Positions 63,101 through 64,000 of a stretch of 64,000 bases of DNA are shown piece after piece. Made by a program: the position numbers and the translations under genes. The notes below the pieces were generated by a model that did not search any database, had not been told where the DNA came from, and was given only the letters and a program-made list of their open reading frames with translations. Source of the DNA: Octopus sinensis (taxonomy: Eukaryota); assembly GCF_006345805.1 (NCBI RefSeq), contig NC_043001.1, forward strand, positions 37,634,001 to 37,698,000, given 5' to 3'. Position 1 is the stretch's first letter, and every line of letters begins with the position of its first letter.

Positions 63101-64000
63101 ATTTTCTAATTGCATAAAACAATTTACCATTATCAGAGTTGAATTTCCTAATTCCTTGAAGCAATAACCACTTTCTCACTTCTGATTTCTCTTCATTTTA
63201 TTCTAATTTTCTTTCTTTGACACCATTATCTTGTTCTGTCAGTTTTCTTCAGACTGTTTAGTTTTTACAGAATCAATGTTAGAAATCAATGCCAGAGGGG
63301 AAAAGAGTGTACTCTAGTAAATATTAGAATATTATAATATCAGTGTGTGTGCGTGGGTGTGTGGGTGTGTGTGTGTGTGTGTGTGTGTTTGTGTGTGCGT
63401 GCACGTGTGTGGATGCATGTGTGTATTTTAAATAGCATAAGGATATTTAGTATGTTCAATATATGGACTAAAAGATGGTGAAGTTGATTGATACGTATGC
63501 ATTGCAACTAGTTCACCATTTTAAGAATATACATGTATGCATATGTACATACAAAGAGGCATGCATGCATACTTGATTGTCTTTCTGTCTTCCTGGGTCT
63601 TTTCTGTTGGTGACACAGATTTTGAAATTTTAAAATTAAGTGAAAAGTCTCAAATTTGGTTTTTGTTGTAATTTTTCACAATGAATCTAATTTAAGATCC
63701 CTTGCTGGATCTTTTCTATTGCTGTCACAGATTTTGAAATAATGAGCACAACAAAATAAAAAAAAAAACTCAGGCACTAACAAAAACACACACAACTCCT
63801 TTGGATTCTAAGTAGGTTGATATAAGATGTAGAGGATATCCTGTTGGTCCTTACAAATATAATTGCATATATAAAGTAGTAGGGTGTAATTAGATGGTCA
63901 TTTGGTTCCTATTTTTTGCAGATTAGCTACTACTTAGATGTTTCCCTTGTTGGCTTATACATATCAGTGAAGATATGATTAAATGCAATGTGGTGTTCAT

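Overview
This 64-kb window is AT-rich, repeat-saturated animal DNA that reads as intronic or intergenic. The SINE families and microsatellite load look like an octopod cephalopod genome (inference from repeat sequences). I could not recognise any host protein-coding gene, and most listed ORFs are microsatellite artefacts. Recognisable content: (i) several Penelope-like retroelements (PLEs) of the Naiad type, including a near-intact RT plus GIY-YIG ORF at 37.6-39.2 kb and a decayed copy at 10.1-12.5 kb. The decayed copy carries two long in-frame poly-Asn linkers and was split, frame-neutrally, by an R4/Dong-type LINE inserted into its (AAT)n tract. (ii) Type I hammerhead ribozyme (HHR) motifs, one with an intact core at 42.5 kb and two inverted pairs with unusually long stem II inserts at 9 kb and 55 kb. 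(iii) At least six long inverted repeats. (iv) Five mariner relics, RTE, CR1/L2, CRE-like and other RLE LINE fragments, a TTAA-flanked MITE, a probable Helitron MITE and many tRNA-derived SINEs. Family assignments rest on protein and sequence motifs read by eye; no database searches were run.
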